From the NCBI RefSeq assembly GCF_001194135.2, contig NC_068982.1:107998076-108034108 (forward strand): 36,033 nucleotides of DNA. The letters are read 5' to 3'. The notes below the pieces were generated by a model. That model saw only the letters and a program-made list of their open reading frames with translations. It did no database searches and was not told where the DNA came from. Position numbers and translations under genes: made by a program. Positions 35,030 through 36,033 of the stretch are shown here, one piece after another (positions within the stretch are counted from its first letter, which is position 1; every line of letters starts with the position of its first letter). The stretch is from Octopus bimaculoides. Its lineage: Eukaryota.

Positions 35030-35216
35030 GTGTCTGTCCCTCCGCCATCGCTTGACAACCGATGTTGGTGTGTTTATATCTCCGTAACTTTGCGGTTCGG
35101 CACTAGCGGCTGGTAGAATAAGTACTAGGCTTACAAAGAATAAGTCCTGGGGTCGATTTCTTTGAATAAAAGGCGGTGCTCCAAATGACTGAAACAAATA
35201 AAAGAATAAAAGAATA
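34594..35216 (+). mobile_element. SINE family B, full length, with an internal (TA)n spanning a gap
   Basis: tRNA-like head AGGAGTGGCTGTGTGGTAAG...GGTTCCGAGTTCAGTCCC, conserved body and AATAAAAG tandem tail. Confidence 0.9.
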
Positions 35217-35224
35217 TATATGAG

Positions 35225-35470
35225 CGTTTAGCATTTGCTGAACGACCTTCACACATGATTTGTTTATAGTGATCAAATGTTCGTGTCGCACATTAGCTCA
35301 GTCTCTCCATCAAATCGATGTTGTCTGTCAGGTGCACTGCGTGTCGCGTGTCAGGTGTCGAAGCGATCGCAGAGCAACGCGAGATGAAGGGTTTTGCTCA
35401 AGAACACAACGCACCATCCGGTCTAAGAATAGAAAACACGATATCGCGATCGTGAGTGCTGGCTAACTGC
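35225..35470 (-). mobile_element. SINE family C (tRNA head plus a Meta/V-like central motif)
   Basis: The minus strand GCACTCACGATCGCGATATCGTGTTTTCTATTC...GCGTTGTGTTCTTGAGCAAAACCCTTCATCTC resembles the GTGTCCTTGAGCAAGACACTT core of deeply conserved SINE superfamilies. Confidence 0.6.
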
Positions 35471-35807
35471 ACACTGTCTGTGTCAGATTAGTATTTGCGA
35501 GGGGAGGTCATCGCTCCCATCTCTAACCTTATGTGATACACACAGACCCGGGTTTCTGGGTAGTTACCCATTTTCAATGCGTGATAATCACCAACTAGTG
35601 ATGAAAACTCATTCCACTAGCAAAATACTATATGCTTTTTCTAGCGACAAACTGTCGCTGATCTTCAAAAAGGAGAATTATAAATCTCTCGCTCAGAGAC
35701 TTAATATAGCTTATTTCTCCTTTTTCGAGATCAGCGACAGTTTGACGTTGGAGAAAACAGTATTTTGCTAGTGAAATGCCACATTTAGCTGGCAAATATA
35801 TTTTACG

Positions 35808-35860
<53 letters not shown>

Positions 35861-36033
35861 CATACACACACACACACACATATATATATACATACACACA
35901 CACACATATATATATACATACACACACACACACATATATATACATACACACACACATACACACACACACACACATATACATACACACACACACACACATA
36001 TACATACACACACACACACATATACATACACAC
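35808..36033. repeat. (CA)n/(TA)n compound microsatellite to the window end
   Basis: Directly visible. Confidence 0.96.

Noticed and set aside
7848-35197. Long ORFs containing X runs (7848-8555, 20901-21848, 34578-35197)
   Set aside because: They are open only because they cross N gaps. Only the GIY-YIG part of 20934 is meaningful.
1862-36033. Many short ORFs rich in VC/YI/HT/LS/RE dipeptides (e.g. 1862, 2613, 6119-6453, 33560, 35628-36033)
   Set aside because: They are translations of dinucleotide microsatellites and have no domain content.
1-36033. CRISPR arrays, rRNA, prokaryotic or viral genes
   Set aside because: No repeat-spacer periodicity, no rRNA motifs and no operon-like coding density. 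The dispersed repeats are SINE copies.

Overview
AT-rich, repeat-saturated animal genomic DNA with four assembly gaps (7916-8500, 21124-21577, 25227-25236, 34785-34992). The dense (TA)/(CA)/(GA)/(TAA) microsatellites and the tRNA-headed SINE families look like an octopus (cephalopod) genome; this is inferred from recalled repeat motifs, not from a search. I cannot support any host protein-coding exon. The one clear cellular gene is an intact tRNA-Arg(ACG) at 4652-4724 (-) with a Pol III terminator. The rest is transposon-derived: at least three SINE families, fossils of R4/Dong-like, CRE-like and Penelope-like retroelements, a Tigger/pogo transposase fossil, Gypsy fossils, and MITEs of pogo, hAT, piggyBac and probably Merlin type. 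Two structures stand out. The first is a TSD-bounded LTR element (7231-8940) with two tRNA-Trp primer-binding sites facing each other across a gap and a two-headed left LTR. The second is a 552-bp near-perfect fold-back element (25557-26108) with an exact 8-bp TSD. All alignments and translations were done by eye.
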